64,000 nucleotides of DNA, taken from Tubulanus polymorphus. Lineage: Eukaryota > Animalia > Nemertea. The translations under genes and the position numbers were made by a program. The stretch is taken from contig NC_134027.1 in the NCBI RefSeq assembly GCF_964204645.1, forward strand, positions 24,576,560 to 24,640,559. Reading direction: 5' to 3'. The notes below the pieces were generated by a model. The model made no database searches. It worked only from the letters and a program-made list of their open reading frames with translations, and had not been told where the DNA came from. Positions 13,668-26,239 of the stretch are shown piece after piece; position 1 is the first letter of the stretch; each line of letters starts with the position of its first letter.

Positions 13668-14512
13668 CAGGGGCGGATCCAGGGGGATGGGTAGACAGTA
13701 TTGGAAGGAAATTTAAGGGCACCTTTCTGATCTTAGGGCACACCCAGTATCCAGGTCAATGCGAGCGCCGAAGGCGCGAAGTCCTTTGAGGGGGGTCTGG
13801 GGGCCCACCCCATAAAATTTTGAAAATATGGTACCATTTAAAGGCTTTTAGAGGGCTTCTAGAGGCTAGCAGAGCAATCCAGAATAAACGAATTCGAGAC
13901 AAGATTTCAACACATGCGGATAAAAAATGAAGCTGGCGAACCCATGAAAGAATGGTTGTTGCCAACTTCGCCTAGTGCCCCTATAATCTTTAAAAGTGCC
14001 CCTTAACAATTATACAGAATACGGCTAAGTGCCCCTTCATTGTTAACAATCTGCAAAAATTGCCTCGTCTTCACATTTATCCTTATGTCGTGTGCCATCT
14101 TCCAAACCAAAAGTGCCCCTAAAATTTTAAAAATTAGGCAAAAAGTGCCCTTTTCTTCAACATTTTCCGCGTATAGTGCCCTCTTCTCAAGTACGAGTGC
14201 CCCTTTAGCCCTCCCTGAAAAGGCAAGGAAGGACAAGGTGCCCTCATCTAAAGCATGAGTGCCCCTTGCAAAACGAAAGTGCCCTTTTTAATTTATCATG
14301 ATTAAAGGCTTTACAAATATGATTATCTCTCCTCACTTTCTTGGCAGCAGTATATACCGATTGATTTTATAATTATGCCCGGATTACGGACACGGAATTA
14401 GCGGTTGTTGAAATAATGCCGTCAAAAATATTGCCGGTGAGATTTCGAAGGGCACTTAAAAATTCTAGACCGTATTGGGCAATACGGCTAATACGGTCTG
14501 GATCCGCCCCTG
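13668..14512. mobile_element. Non-autonomous hAT-type transposon with 5-bp TSD
   Basis: Perfect 15-bp TIR CAGGGGCGGATCCAG / CTGGATCCGCCCCTG, direct repeat ACGAT on both flanks, many internal (A)AGTGCCC repeats. Confidence 0.8.
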
Positions 14513-15977
14513 ACGATATTGTATTAGCGTTGTACACGTCGAGACAATGCCTAAATCTATGGAGGAAGTGCACGGACGTCGCACTGACGTCATTGCCGGG
14601 AACGGTGACTCTTCAATTTCAATTTCAATTTATTTCATAAGAAAGCATGTTATAAGAATATTTACAAAATTATATTATACTTAGAAAATTATATTTAGAA
14701 TTATATTTACTCTTAACTTCACTTAGCTGTTAATGTTTGGCGTCCACCATGACGCGCTGTGGGGTCAGGTGCGTTACCTTAGAGGCAAATCAATTCCTTT
14801 TTTAATCAAAAAAGGTAGACATTTTTCTAAAGTGTTACTTGCAATGATACGTAGTTGGTATGATATTTGACTCGTTTTAATTGGTATATATGATGGTTTA
14901 CGTACGTGACAAAAATTTCGACATCCATCTCAGGTTTCTCTTAATCCGGCTGTCGTGTTCGTATCGAAATGCAAGGACGGATGTCTACCGTATTGTCGCC
15001 TGCAAATGTGTATCGACAAATCAATTCTATCTTAATAAATTGAATATTTCAACCGTCAAACTAATAAAAACCGCGCGCGTTTCAGACTCCACGCGGTTAA
15101 ACCGCGAGTCAGCGGCAGAGGCAATAGAATTTCATACGAGGTGGGTTTACACAGACCAGACACGAGTCACTGGCTGTGTGCGGCTGTTATTCAATTACTG
15201 TCCTCAAATTCACAGGACACATCCGGAAATACCGGTGACTGAGTAGAAGGCGTATAAGGCCCTGTAGAAAGAAAATAACCAGATAATTGAGATAAAAACG
15301 AGATAATTTCTTAGATTCAGATATACATGTATTCTATTCCAAATAGATATATTATATACATCATATGCATCACGATTGATAAAACACTATATCCGCGTTG
15401 AAGCGATGTAGAGAGAATCCCACAATAATAACGGAAAAACAAAGTCCGAAAACGTAACTGAAGCTAGTAGTTTATCCAACGTTTCGACTACATCCTAATA
15501 GTCATCTTCGGGAATAATGAATTACAACAGAAATTATGAGATATAATATATATACAATCCAGAGACTAAGTCAAGTAATCAGAGATGATATAAACTAAAG
15601 GAAAATGATAATATCGTACCGGTATGCATAGACAAACGTTGACAAATTGACAAATCTTGATTTTTACGTATATCAATTGAATACTGTGGACTAATCCACG
15701 AGACGTACTCTCGACGAGGAATTGACAGGAATTATTATTAATCTTTCTGTCTCGATCTTCGACATAAAGGTCATTCGCGCGCTAATACATCTTCGGAAGT
15801 CTTCTCGTTATGAGATTTAGGATCTGCACTCCTCCGCTCGTCCAGAATTCCGTTTTATCTATCCCGTAAATTCTCGACCCGGGCAAGGTTTTATAGACTC
15901 CGTGTCAAAAGACATCCATAGGGATAAATTCCTTACGTGGGCCTTTAGTTCTGTAGACTGCATCTCAAAGTTACTAC

Positions 15978-16019
15978 CATGGACGTGTAAACTAGATTAA
16001 TCTAGTTTATACGTCCATG
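15978..16019. mobile_element. 42-bp palindromic mini-MITE with 7-bp TSD
   Basis: catggacgtgtaaactagattaatctagtttatacgtccatg is a near-perfect palindrome flanked by ttactac on both sides. Confidence 0.7.
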
Positions 16020-16807
16020 TTACTACCAGGGGATTATGCTTATCCTGGACTCAATTAGACGGCGTATCAAAATATCCAGAGATAAATCCTAAACCAAGGC
16101 AAATTTCTCAATCCTGAACCTCGGCCTGCTATAGACTGGGCATCAATGTTATCAATACGGATAAATCTTTACTTGTCGCAGTTAGAATGGGCATGTATCC
16201 GCGATGGTTGGAGAGTGATGTTAATATACCTGAGTTGTCCGGATATATCTGGTATCACGTCACGATGCAATAATATCTATTCAGATCTAAATATAGAATT
16301 CTGTGAATATTCTAGTGGGTGGGGGTGAACGGCGTGTGTAAAACCACCTGCGTACCATACCGCCACACTTCCGTGTTATCCTCCCACTTGCTTTCCCGGA
16401 TAGGTCAAGGTAGTTGTTAATGCCTCCTTATTAATCGTTCACACCTCATCTGCGGGCAATCGTTTGTAGCGGACTTTGCCGGGAGCCGAACATTCCGGCC
16501 TGGTACGAGCTGGATGGAAGGTTGTTTGCGTATTGAATTTAGCCTACTTCTATCTAAACATCTAAAAAGACATTCTGTATATTCGACCGACATCGGCTTG
16601 TATGTGTACATGGATTTCTGATTTCAAAATCAAACCCCTTGTTTAGTTCCAGTGGATTATGAATAAAATATGGATTACGATCAAATGAAATAGAATCAAT
16701 CAATTGAATGAAATAAGAGGGACAATTATACTTTTCCAGATAGCAAAATAGCTATCCAAAAATTAACCAAGAACCTTATAATGTCTACTCTGATGTTTTT
16801 TTTAAAT

Positions 16808-17030
16808 CTTAAAATAGGGATTGAACCTGTTATTCATATGATTAATAGAATTCGTTAGATGTTTTCTTTATCTAGTATCCCTTACAAACCCACCACACCT
16901 GCCGGGATCGAAACAGGGGGTTAGAATTTGGACTCGGAAATCGAAGCACAGACATAGTTGTGTGAATTTTTTGTTTAAATCGAAGAAAATAATTGGGAAA
17001 TTCGGTTCCTGTTCATTCAAACAATCGTCC
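16808..17030 (+). repeat. Dispersed repeat family B (cttaaaatagggattga...cccaccacacctgccgggatcgaaacaggggg)
   Basis: Similar copies at ~23850-24095 and ~53682-53800, with a short start fragment at ~42864. Confidence 0.7.
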
Positions 17031-17925
17031 AACCAGTCTGACCCGGTAAGCGACCGATTGGGGTTAATTTTGCTGGCTGCCTGACACTAAGGTTTACTAA
17101 GACATGTTGGTAATACTAAAGATCGTAGAGTATTGTAAATCGCTGTAGATAGAACCCCTTCCAGGACTCGGGGTGAATCCCAAAATAGACAGTATTGTCT
17201 GCTGAAATAAAAGATATGAAGTAAAGAACACGATGAAGTCAAAAGAGAGTATGTATGTTTCACCATGAATTCGAATCCAAGATTCAATCCAATGCCCGAT
17301 AGACTGGTCGTGTATTGCGTCATATTTGCATCAACTGTAAGCGTTGAGCCATTTCGCCGGAAAGAATTGTGATGTCTAATCTACAATACAAAAGTGAAAC
17401 AAAATTTAGATAAGCGTCGGACGAGCGAACCGTTCTTAATCTTTTTCCAGCGCGTAATATTCCATACGTACCATACTGTAAATCTGAAAAAGCGGACATT
17501 ATCATAACACGACTTTCGGTCAATATTCGACGGTTTAGAATGTTCCAGACCACGTGTGACACCATCGCTTTTACGATTCTAAGTACAGCTGGACATTACA
17601 ACCACGTTAGCGCGCGCCATATTTTCCGAATGTAACTCTGAATATATTGTATCGCGAAACGTATACCCGTTATATTCATATGCGCGCGACGTGTAACGAT
17701 TCAAATACTTCTAACAACTCGAGCTGAAGACTTCTCCATTTCAAAACGCCATTCATCTTGTCCGCATCGATTGATCAGTTCATATCGCGGTGTATAGACG
17801 AGACGCCTGACGCGTTGAAAAGACTCGAAACATATAAAGAAGTTATTATGAATGGCGACTGCGTTTTCATTTTTTCGTTTTGCCATTGATTTTTACCTCT
17901 GCGCTTCGGATGTTTTTTCTTGCAG

Positions 17926-17976
17926 TATATTTGTGGCTGGCGATGGTTACTGGATTAATACATCAAATAGCTTTGG
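17926..17976 (+). CDS. NETO: NETO-like gene, signal-peptide exon ((V)YLWLAMVTGLIHQIAL)
   Basis: ttttttcttgcag acceptor, G|gtaagt donor, 51 nt, phase 1-1, hydrophobic translation. Confidence 0.75.
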
Positions 17977-18721
17977 GTAAGTGCATCTTAATGTATTCAG
18001 CTCCATGCTTCGGTCGGGTGGGGTATTATCTGAAGCGTTGGTTCTTTTTTTCCATTTTGATATGAAAAACTTCGGCCATTAGTGGACTAGTGGGTTCGAC
18101 CACGTCGATTTCTATTTCGCGACAGAGCTTCGGCGCTGGAGCATGTCAAGATGGGAAAGGGAGTCTTGACTAACACCACCACCTGGTGGGTAAACTGACT
18201 GAAAAAGAATCAATTGCTGAAATTTTGAATGCTATAATTTAGATAAGCTCTCGATTACAAAACAACTTAAGAATGTGGAATTATATGAATCTTTTAAGCT
18301 TGTATTTTGACAGAGTTTTGATAGCAAATCGACTCAATGCCGGAAATTTTACTCTAAATGTAATGGCCACTTTGATTGGTCCAAATCCAGAGCAAATCGA
18401 CCAATGAGAATTAAGAACGAGCTCTTATGTCCCGTTGTTCAGTCATTCAGGACAGCTTCAGTAAAATCGATAAATCCTCTTAAAACATGGCCGACGTTTT
18501 TTAGACACTAGTCGTACATTTCTAACGGTCAATTTTCAAATAGACTCATTCATCATTTATATCCAAACTACCGAGCAAATCTTTTTCAATCTATGTGTCG
18601 TAGGTCAGCTAGTGTACGTTCATTTCAATTCGTATTGAGTTGCCTTTATGTTTTTAGCGTTCAGCTTCAATAATTGTCAATTCATGATAGTTTATCGTAT
18701 ATACATATATGATTGTTTCAG

Positions 18722-18748
18722 CTAAAAGTGCCAGGTCGGTTGAGAAAG
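18722..18748 (+). CDS. NETO: NETO-like gene, 27-nt micro-exon (AKSARSVEK)
   Basis: ttgtttcag acceptor, AAG|gtaaat donor, phase 1-1, open in frame. Confidence 0.55.
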
Positions 18749-19064
18749 GTAAATTTGATTATATTCTAAACAAAGCCTGGCTCCTGTACACCCTTGCAAC
18801 CTCTCTCTCTCTCTATTAACCTATATCTCTATTTTCTTTCTCTCTCCCTTTCTAAACCAACTATCATCTCTCCCACTGCAAACTATCTTATCCCTTATGT
18901 TAATGGCGTGTAGTATTACTGACTATATTTTTCGCATCTGGCAAGTGAAAACGCTTAACAAATTCTTAACTTTATTATACAAATGTACGTTGCGATAAGT
19001 TTATGTTTCCTCATGTTTTATTGTCTTCAAGTTGGTAGAGAGAATGCGCTAAAATACCACAGAG

Positions 19065-19305
19065 TCCCACATATTAGAGTTTAATTTTGACGCTGAACCG
19101 AGTTTCACAGTTGTCTTGGTTCAAATTGATTATTGACCCTGTTCCACAGTTGCTGTTTAATCAAATGGTTGGTTTGATTTAACTGGATCCAGTTGCACTG
19201 CAGTTGCATGGGTTTAATTTGAAACTGGATCCAACTGTACAATGTATAGTTTTGCAGGTTTAATCAGCCGACTCTGGATTCAGTTCCACGGTGTGGGTTT
19301 GATCT
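19065..19305 (+). repeat. Degenerate array of the 39-bp minisatellite
   Basis: Recurring ggatccagttccacagttg / gggtttaatttga units. Confidence 0.65.
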
Positions 19306-20245
19306 CCGCGGATAAAGCCTTTTCTTCTACTCAAAAATATTGAAAGTGACCCCAACTATCTTTCATGCGACCCGTATGTCAAATCTGTTTACACGACTGT
19401 GCTATATATTGCGCGGTCGATATTGAACCAAACCCTCGATACGCGATATAGTTCGTTAAGAAATACACGCCATGGCGAATCCTCGGAGCCGCCCGTCCTT
19501 CGTGCCTGGGTAAGGAATTTGATAGATTATCGACGAGACGAAGTGGTAAAATTCTTCAGGCTCGACGAACACGCGATAAACGCGATTAAACTAAGAATCC
19601 TATACGTGTAACACGCGAGTAGTTTACGCTATTTCGAACTGCAGGCAACAAGCTGAATTTACAAATTATAGCTTGTAAAATAAGATAAGAACTATTATCA
19701 TAAGCCGAAACAAGTCAAACGAACTGGATCGCTTCTTATCTGAAACATATATGCGCTTGTTATGATTCGCATATGGCTTCAGTATAGGTGTTTTTCCTCT
19801 GGCGTTAACGGCTATCTCCAGTCAGTCGAGAAAGACGACGATATGAATTTTCTTCCTAATTGACGGCGCGAATATTGATGATTCTGTGCCCGAAAGGTAT
19901 TACATCGCGTTCACGACGACTACACGATCGCTTCAAACGTATTCCGTCGTTTATCGATAGATCTTACGCCGTTCGGACACGAACTGCGGACTGATTATAG
20001 CTTTAGTGTTCGGGGGACTCCGTCGTCCAGGACGGCCGGATGGGAATTCCCCAACACCGAGGGCGTACTCTTTTATGACCTCCGAAGTAGTCTCCGTCCG
20101 AAATCTCCGGTTGGCTCCACACAAAATCCGAATCACAACACCTCGACAGAAAGGAGGTTCTGGAGACTCCCAAAAGTCACGTTACCTATAATAGATTGAT
20201 TGGAGGCAAACGGATTCTCCGATCTGATAAAAGAGTTCGCCCCGA

Positions 20246-20415
20246 GAGAGGCGCAGTGGCCACTGGTCCCTGGTCTCGTCAAACCAGGGTTTATGGGTTC
20301 GAACCCCGGTGGCGACAGAGTTTCTTGGTCTTCCCAATTTCGAAAAAGAAACATCGAAGCCGCTAATATAATGCACTTCGTGGCGCTCAGTGGGTTGAAG
20401 GAATTTGAAAAAAAA
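20246..20415 (+). mobile_element. tRNA-derived SINE, copy with internal deletions
   Basis: Clearly homologous to 20965-21162; B box GGTTCGAACCC and A-rich tail present; part of the A box deleted. Confidence 0.8.
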
Positions 20416-20964
20416 GAGTGAAGATCTTTCCCCGGGAACCCTGAATTCTGTCAACCTTCTCCTAGACACCCGCTGATCAGGTGAACAACTTCCCAGGAAA
20501 TCCTCAATTCGGTCGGCTGATGATCTGCCTAAAAAACCCACACTCAATCGGACGGAGATCTTCTCCGACAACCCGCTGTTCTTGTCCTGTCAAGTAAAGG
20601 TTCCTCCTCCAAATAGTTTCTTTCCTCTGAGAACGAGTGTTAGAAATGCGCCGTGAAGTTATAAAATGTACGGAACGGTACATCATCAAAACATCACAAC
20701 ACAAAACAACCTGTTGCACGTTATTACACAATTTTCGATAATCAGCCAGTGGTGACATGTTTGGAGTATTGCGCCATAAAACGTGAGGAATTATATACAA
20801 ACATATGCACCGGGTTTGACTGGAAACTGCATTCATGACGATGTAAAAGTGACATTTTTACATCCTATGGATTTGCCTTCATGCATTTGAAAAAGCTGTA
20901 AAAGAAAAGCAAGTCGAAATGTAAATAAGCAGCACATTCCACGACAAAGTGGATCCAGATTCCA

Positions 20965-21162
20965 GAGAGGTGCAGTGGCCGAGTGGATTAAGCCGCCGGT
21001 CACTGGTCTCGTCAATCCAGGGTTTATGGGTTCAAACCCTGGTGGCGACAGAGTTTCCTGGTCGAAGGTTCTTCTCTGGTCTCTCCTAATTGGTAAAAAG
21101 AAACATCGAACCTGCTTATAATGCCCTGTGTGGCGCTTAGCGGGTTATGGGTGTTAAAAAAA
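20965..21162 (+). mobile_element. Full-length tRNA-derived SINE with 12-bp TSD
   Basis: A box TGGCCGAGTGG, B box GGTTCAAACCC, oligo-A tail, direct repeat ATCCAGATTCCA at 20953-20964 and 21163-21174. Confidence 0.9.
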
Positions 21163-21924
21163 ATCCAGATTCCACGTTTAAACATTGCAGAACTGATACG
21201 ACCGTTTCTGGTTGGTATCCCGTTGACATTTTCTTCGTGAAAACCTTTTTTTATCGAAGACTTTAAACTTTGATATTCATCGATTATTCATTCTCTAGAT
21301 CCGCTTAACGTACTCTATATCGGAGGTCATATCCCCGACCGTGGAAGTGGAACCTGAATACTGATTGAAAACTGTGTCATCGGATTGTGTCATCTCTCGT
21401 TCGAAAAAAAATCGGTTGGCAATTTCCTTTCTCGTTCTTGTTCTTTTGCCGCCGACAGGCAACGAAGCTGAAGTCTTTTGATATAACGACGAAACGCCGT
21501 CATTGTACTGATTCGACCTTTAACTCATCCGTAACAACCAGTCGATTTTTCGCATCTTCTTACGTAACCACGTCGACAAATCGTCAAAGAACCTATTATC
21601 GAGACATAAAGAAAACTTGCTCGCTGAATCCGTGCGACCGGTGTCTTTCATAAATCTCTTTAATCACGCTAAAGTGCCCCGGGGCTGTTGCTTGAGCCTG
21701 AGATAGCGCCGAATAATAAATAACGGCAATGATTCAAAAATTTAGACCTACAGCGCAACAGAATTCATTTATATTTATAGGCGTGCCTTTATACTTGCAT
21801 TGCTTTAATCAGCGAATCAAAAGCCTTACTGAAGTTACCTACCCCTATGAATCGATGCAATATTCGTTCATAATGGGTACATGAAGAAACTCAATCGATT
21901 TCAGGGTAAAACCTTGTCGTGAAA

Positions 21925-21992
21925 GCTCAGTCCAACGCACACGACGCACACGACTAAACAGTGTTTCCCTGCGTCGTGTGCGTTGGGCTTCA
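21925..21992. mobile_element. Short MITE family C (TIR AGCCCAACGCACACGACGCAGGGAAAC)
   Basis: Inverted ends ccaacgcacacgacgca / tgcgtcgtgtgcgttgg. Longer copies at ~43331-43500, ~44921-45170, ~47410-47480 and ~55102-55256. Confidence 0.65.
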
Positions 21993-22744
21993 GCCTGATG
22001 GTAATAGACTATCTTGCGAAACATTGGAAACTGCGTTTGCCAAACGACAAAAGAAAGGTATTTCTAAGAACCTGAAGTCTTTCAGCTCAAACCCACTTTA
22101 AAGATACTAAATTGGATGAACAAGTTTATCAAAACATTGATTTGAAATAGACATGAATTTTATACTCTGGGGCTTGTATCAATAAACTCATTTATCCAAA
22201 TTGTAACTTTTGGTGTGCAACTTTTCACTGTCTTGTGGGGAAGACGATCTTCAAAATGTTTTAAAAGAATCTACTAGTCTTAAAAATGGATTGTTAAACG
22301 TTAATATATATCATCAAGCATGCGGAGGCTTCGCTTCTTTAGAACTCGGAGATAAGCTTTCACTACGAAACAGACCGCCTCCCGTCGAGGGGGGTCAACA
22401 AAGAAAGACGCACGTCTGAGAGCGCGAGAAATGTTGCCTTATTTTCGTAAAGAAACTAATTATCGCACGGACCTCTGCAGGGAATTGCAGAAAATAACCA
22501 CGCGTATCGGATCAGTGTAATGTCTGGAAAAGGCGAGACACTTTAAGCATAAGTATCATTGACTTGCTTTGTGGTTGGGAGAGGGGATTGGAACATGGCA
22601 TTTCAAGTTACCTCAGATCAGGTTTTCTCGTTCGCAAAGCAGCGGCCCTTAAGAGAGTTACAGTAGCTGGTTATTGTCGAATACATATCTCGCAGAAAAC
22701 CTCGTGTGCGCGGTGACAACGCGGTTGATATGGTGAACTGCGTG

Positions 22745-22980
22745 CGTTTGATTTCACTCTTCGCCCAGTTCCACATTTGTGGGGTGTGAAATTTGACTCT
22801 CCATCCAGTTCGACAGTTGTGTAGGATTAATTAAATTCAAGTTCAAAGTTGTATGGGTTTAATTTGACTCTGGGTGCAATTCCTTAGTTTTGTGGGTTTT
22901 ATTCAGTTCCGGGTCCAGGTGGGTTTTCTAAACCCTAAAAAAACCAGTTTTACTCTGGGATCAGTTCCACATTTATGTTG
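22745..22980 (+). repeat. Degenerate array of the 39-bp minisatellite
   Basis: Units such as tttaatttgactctggg, ccagttccacatttgtggg. Confidence 0.6.
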
Positions 22981-25419
22981 GTTAAGCAGGAGGCAAAGCG
23001 GCATTGTTTTTTTTCTTCAGAAAATTTTCTTTGTTTCATATGAATATTCTTTTTTGATCAATTCGTGTTGTTGAATATAGACTGACGGTAACGAAACAAT
23101 CTACTTGCGATTAATAATTCAGAATATTGCGTCCACGTAACGTAGACAGCCTTGAGCTGACTAACCCACGCTGAGCTCCGTGCAGCGCATAAGCACCACC
23201 GGTGCAAAACTCGAACGGATAGAGAAACGAGATTGTTTTGTTTTCTTGTCAAGTCAACGACACGGCGTGTTGTATACGGGTCGGATGATCGTCGATAATG
23301 AACGTTCGGCCTTGAAAATGACGGCCAACTCAACCGGAAAATAACCGATCGAAAAGAATCTGTCAACAGAACTCTACTGCGGTAATCGAGGGTCCGCCTG
23401 GTTCGCTATAGTGTACATCTATGATGCCGGATCTTTTTTTCGAAGGCAATTTTATTACATTCCCAGAATAATCTACATCAACAGATTTGAAAAAGGTTCA
23501 TATCATTAATTGATACAATTAATTTATTTTACACAGTAATGATGTAAGATAACATCGGGGTAACCTGAGGAAAGCATAGATTTTAAAATCAGGCTGGCAC
23601 CCTAAATGGACACCAGAGTGTAATGAATAGGAATCTAGCCACGAAATAGAATCGATAGTTTTTTCAACACGGACCCAGCAATGTTGTACCAATGAATTAT
23701 TCCATTGAAATTATTGCACTGGATTTCCACGGTTGACTTGCGAGGATCCGCTAGGGGCGCCAGTGTGCAGTAGGACATCAATACTGTATTCCAGTTCCAC
23801 ATCTCATCGGTAAAGTTAGACAGAATTAGAACAAGCTCATTTCGATGTGTCTTGAAATAGGGATTGACCCTATTATTTATTTGATAGGTAGATTGCGTTT
23901 GATTTGTTTTGATTTGTCCCTTAAACCCACAACACCTGCCGGGATCGATCGAAACAGGAGGTTTGATTTTGAAATCGGAAATCGAAGTACAGATGTAGTT
24001 GTGTTATAGGCTGTCGAATTTACAGAATTTTCTGTTTAAATCGAAGTACGTAATCGGAAATTTCGGTTCCGGTTCATTCAAACAATCTTCCAAATGTTTT
24101 AGCTTTAGGTTCAAATGCGAAAGAACTTCGGGTACTAATTCCCATCTATGATAGATATACCTAATATTCCTCGTATTGAATGACGCACAAAATTCGAATA
24201 TCGAATCTAGCAAAGTCGATCCGGTGTGAAATGGTTAAATCTGCTTGAAAATTATATCTACGAGTTTTGATTGATTAAATCCCATTTCCTCTTAATGTGA
24301 CAAGCTCTGCGCGTTGATGACGCGGCATCTCATCAAGCTCTCAAAATAAAAATCACGTATTTGTCTAGTTTTCAGATCCTCGCAATATCATCTGAAGAGT
24401 ATTAGATGGATTATAAAATGAACATTGCCGCTTCGAACGAATTATAATCTAGAAAGGTCCGGAAATTAATACCGGTATTGTTCTCATTCGAAGCACTGAA
24501 CTGGTAGAGGACTCAGTTCCCGTCTTTTGAGTAGAGTGAAAATGATGCAATTTTTAAAAACGTCAAGTTGCTAAAGTTATTCAAACTATAGGATTGTCCT
24601 GACTGATATTTTCGGACTCGAGTTCTTCGAAAGTTCTTCAAAATTCTGCAAAATTACCCAGTAATTTAAGAGCCACTTCGAAGCTACAGATTTTCGCTCA
24701 AAAATGTGCAACCAAAGAAAGAGGCACTATTGATATTTTCGAAAAAGTCTTCCGAAGCTAACGGATTTTATAGATAATATATAATATTCATTCTGGCATC
24801 AACATTATCGAGGTTGAAAATGATGTGAATATGGAATCGATGATAGAAGCCTGAACAGAGCCATAAGGCTGTATGAATCATATTGACGTCGCTGTTCAGG
24901 TAACTGCGGAAAATAGCAAAAAGAAACATGAAAAAAGAAAAATGATACAATGATTGATAAATGAAGAATTGACAATATATCATTTCAATAATCCTAGATC
25001 TGAATTCATTGGATTCATTATCATCGACGTAAGTTTAAACGTTATCGCTATAACATGCTTTTTGATAAAAAACATTATTGGAATACGAATGACGTATGTT
25101 TAAGTATAGTTCTATAGTAACAACCAACGAGATGATGGCTTCATCAGCCCGACGAGAGAGAGAGGCAATCATCCAAAAATAGAAATTTATTGTGATTAGC
25201 GAATCAATTAAATAACCGATTATAGAAAGAATTACGTAGAATCATCGCTTGTTTTGATTGGATTTCGAAGCAATTTCGCCGATCTGTGTTTTACTGATTG
25301 ACGCGCGCGGGCGTAACGATGCACTAATCTAAATTAATATAAGACGAACGTGAAAAGGGCTTCGCGTTGTCCCGAATTAATCATCAAGTTCAAGGCAACG
25401 AGCAGTATTTTAGAAAATG

Positions 25420-25551
25420 CGTGTCAGGGGCTCTTGGGTGGAGGGAGGCAATGAGGATAAGTATCTTACCCCGGGCACCACGGTAATGTATACGGGGTTC
25501 GAACCCACGACCTGGCTTCCAGTCCTCGAACGCTATAACCACTCGCCCACA
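25420..25551 (-). mobile_element. tRNA-derived SINE with CORE-like central segment
   Basis: Minus strand reads gtgggcgagtggttatagcg (A box)...gtgggttcgaacccc (B box)...cccggggtaagatacttatcctcattgcctccctccacccaa, resembling the conserved central domain of CORE-type SINEs. Confidence 0.65.
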
Positions 25552-26239
25552 CTAACAGATATCTAAAATATTCAAACCTTTCCTGCGAGTTCCATCTCTG
25601 TGGAGTTAGTTTTAAAAACTGATGTACAGTGTCAGACGCTAGGCCGAATTCAAATATTTCTTTCGTTACAAAGCGAAGTACGCCATTGAAAATTTCGATC
25701 CCAGTTCGTATGAACATTTCTCCGCCGCTGGAACCGGTAAACGACTGAGTGAAGCCGCGGAAGTCTTTATATTCCGCACTGTTTTAATGGACGTATATAA
25801 ACGGTAGTCATGTCCTCGGGTGTTTGCGGTGAAGAGAGATCCCATTGATTTCTATCCATCTTCCAATTTCACGCATCGTTAAACCGCAGTTTCCGTCAAG
25901 GCGGATGTCACTAAGTACCGATATCCCGATTACAACTTCCGCTGTTCATCAGACTCGGCGGCGCTTAATATCCGAGTCCGTTCGGAATTCACTAAACATG
26001 AAAAAATGATTAGTCGTAGAGACAAAACTTCTAGTTTTCAGCGCTGTGTCCCCAAACCCGCAACGCAGTCCGACAATTATCTATTTTACGACGGCCGACC
26101 CACTTTTGACCATGTCCCCATAACAAGACAAGAAACGAAATTGATTTCAGAGCTGGTGTTCAATGTCTCTGTAATTTCATAAATATTCGGGTGAACATCG
26201 GGTGGATAGAACGATGACCACACTCAAACGTGGTGAACG

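Noticed and set aside
16315-16545. GC-rich segment resembling an HDV-like ribozyme
   Set aside because: Could not build the nested double pseudoknot. It shares aaacaa(c/t)cttccatccagc with ~45503-45520, so it is probably a repeat fragment.
20965-21050. Possible tRNA gene (also 25490-25551 and 34070-34155)
   Set aside because: A and B boxes are present but I could not build a complete cloverleaf; each continues into SINE-like body sequence, and this one has a tail and TSD.
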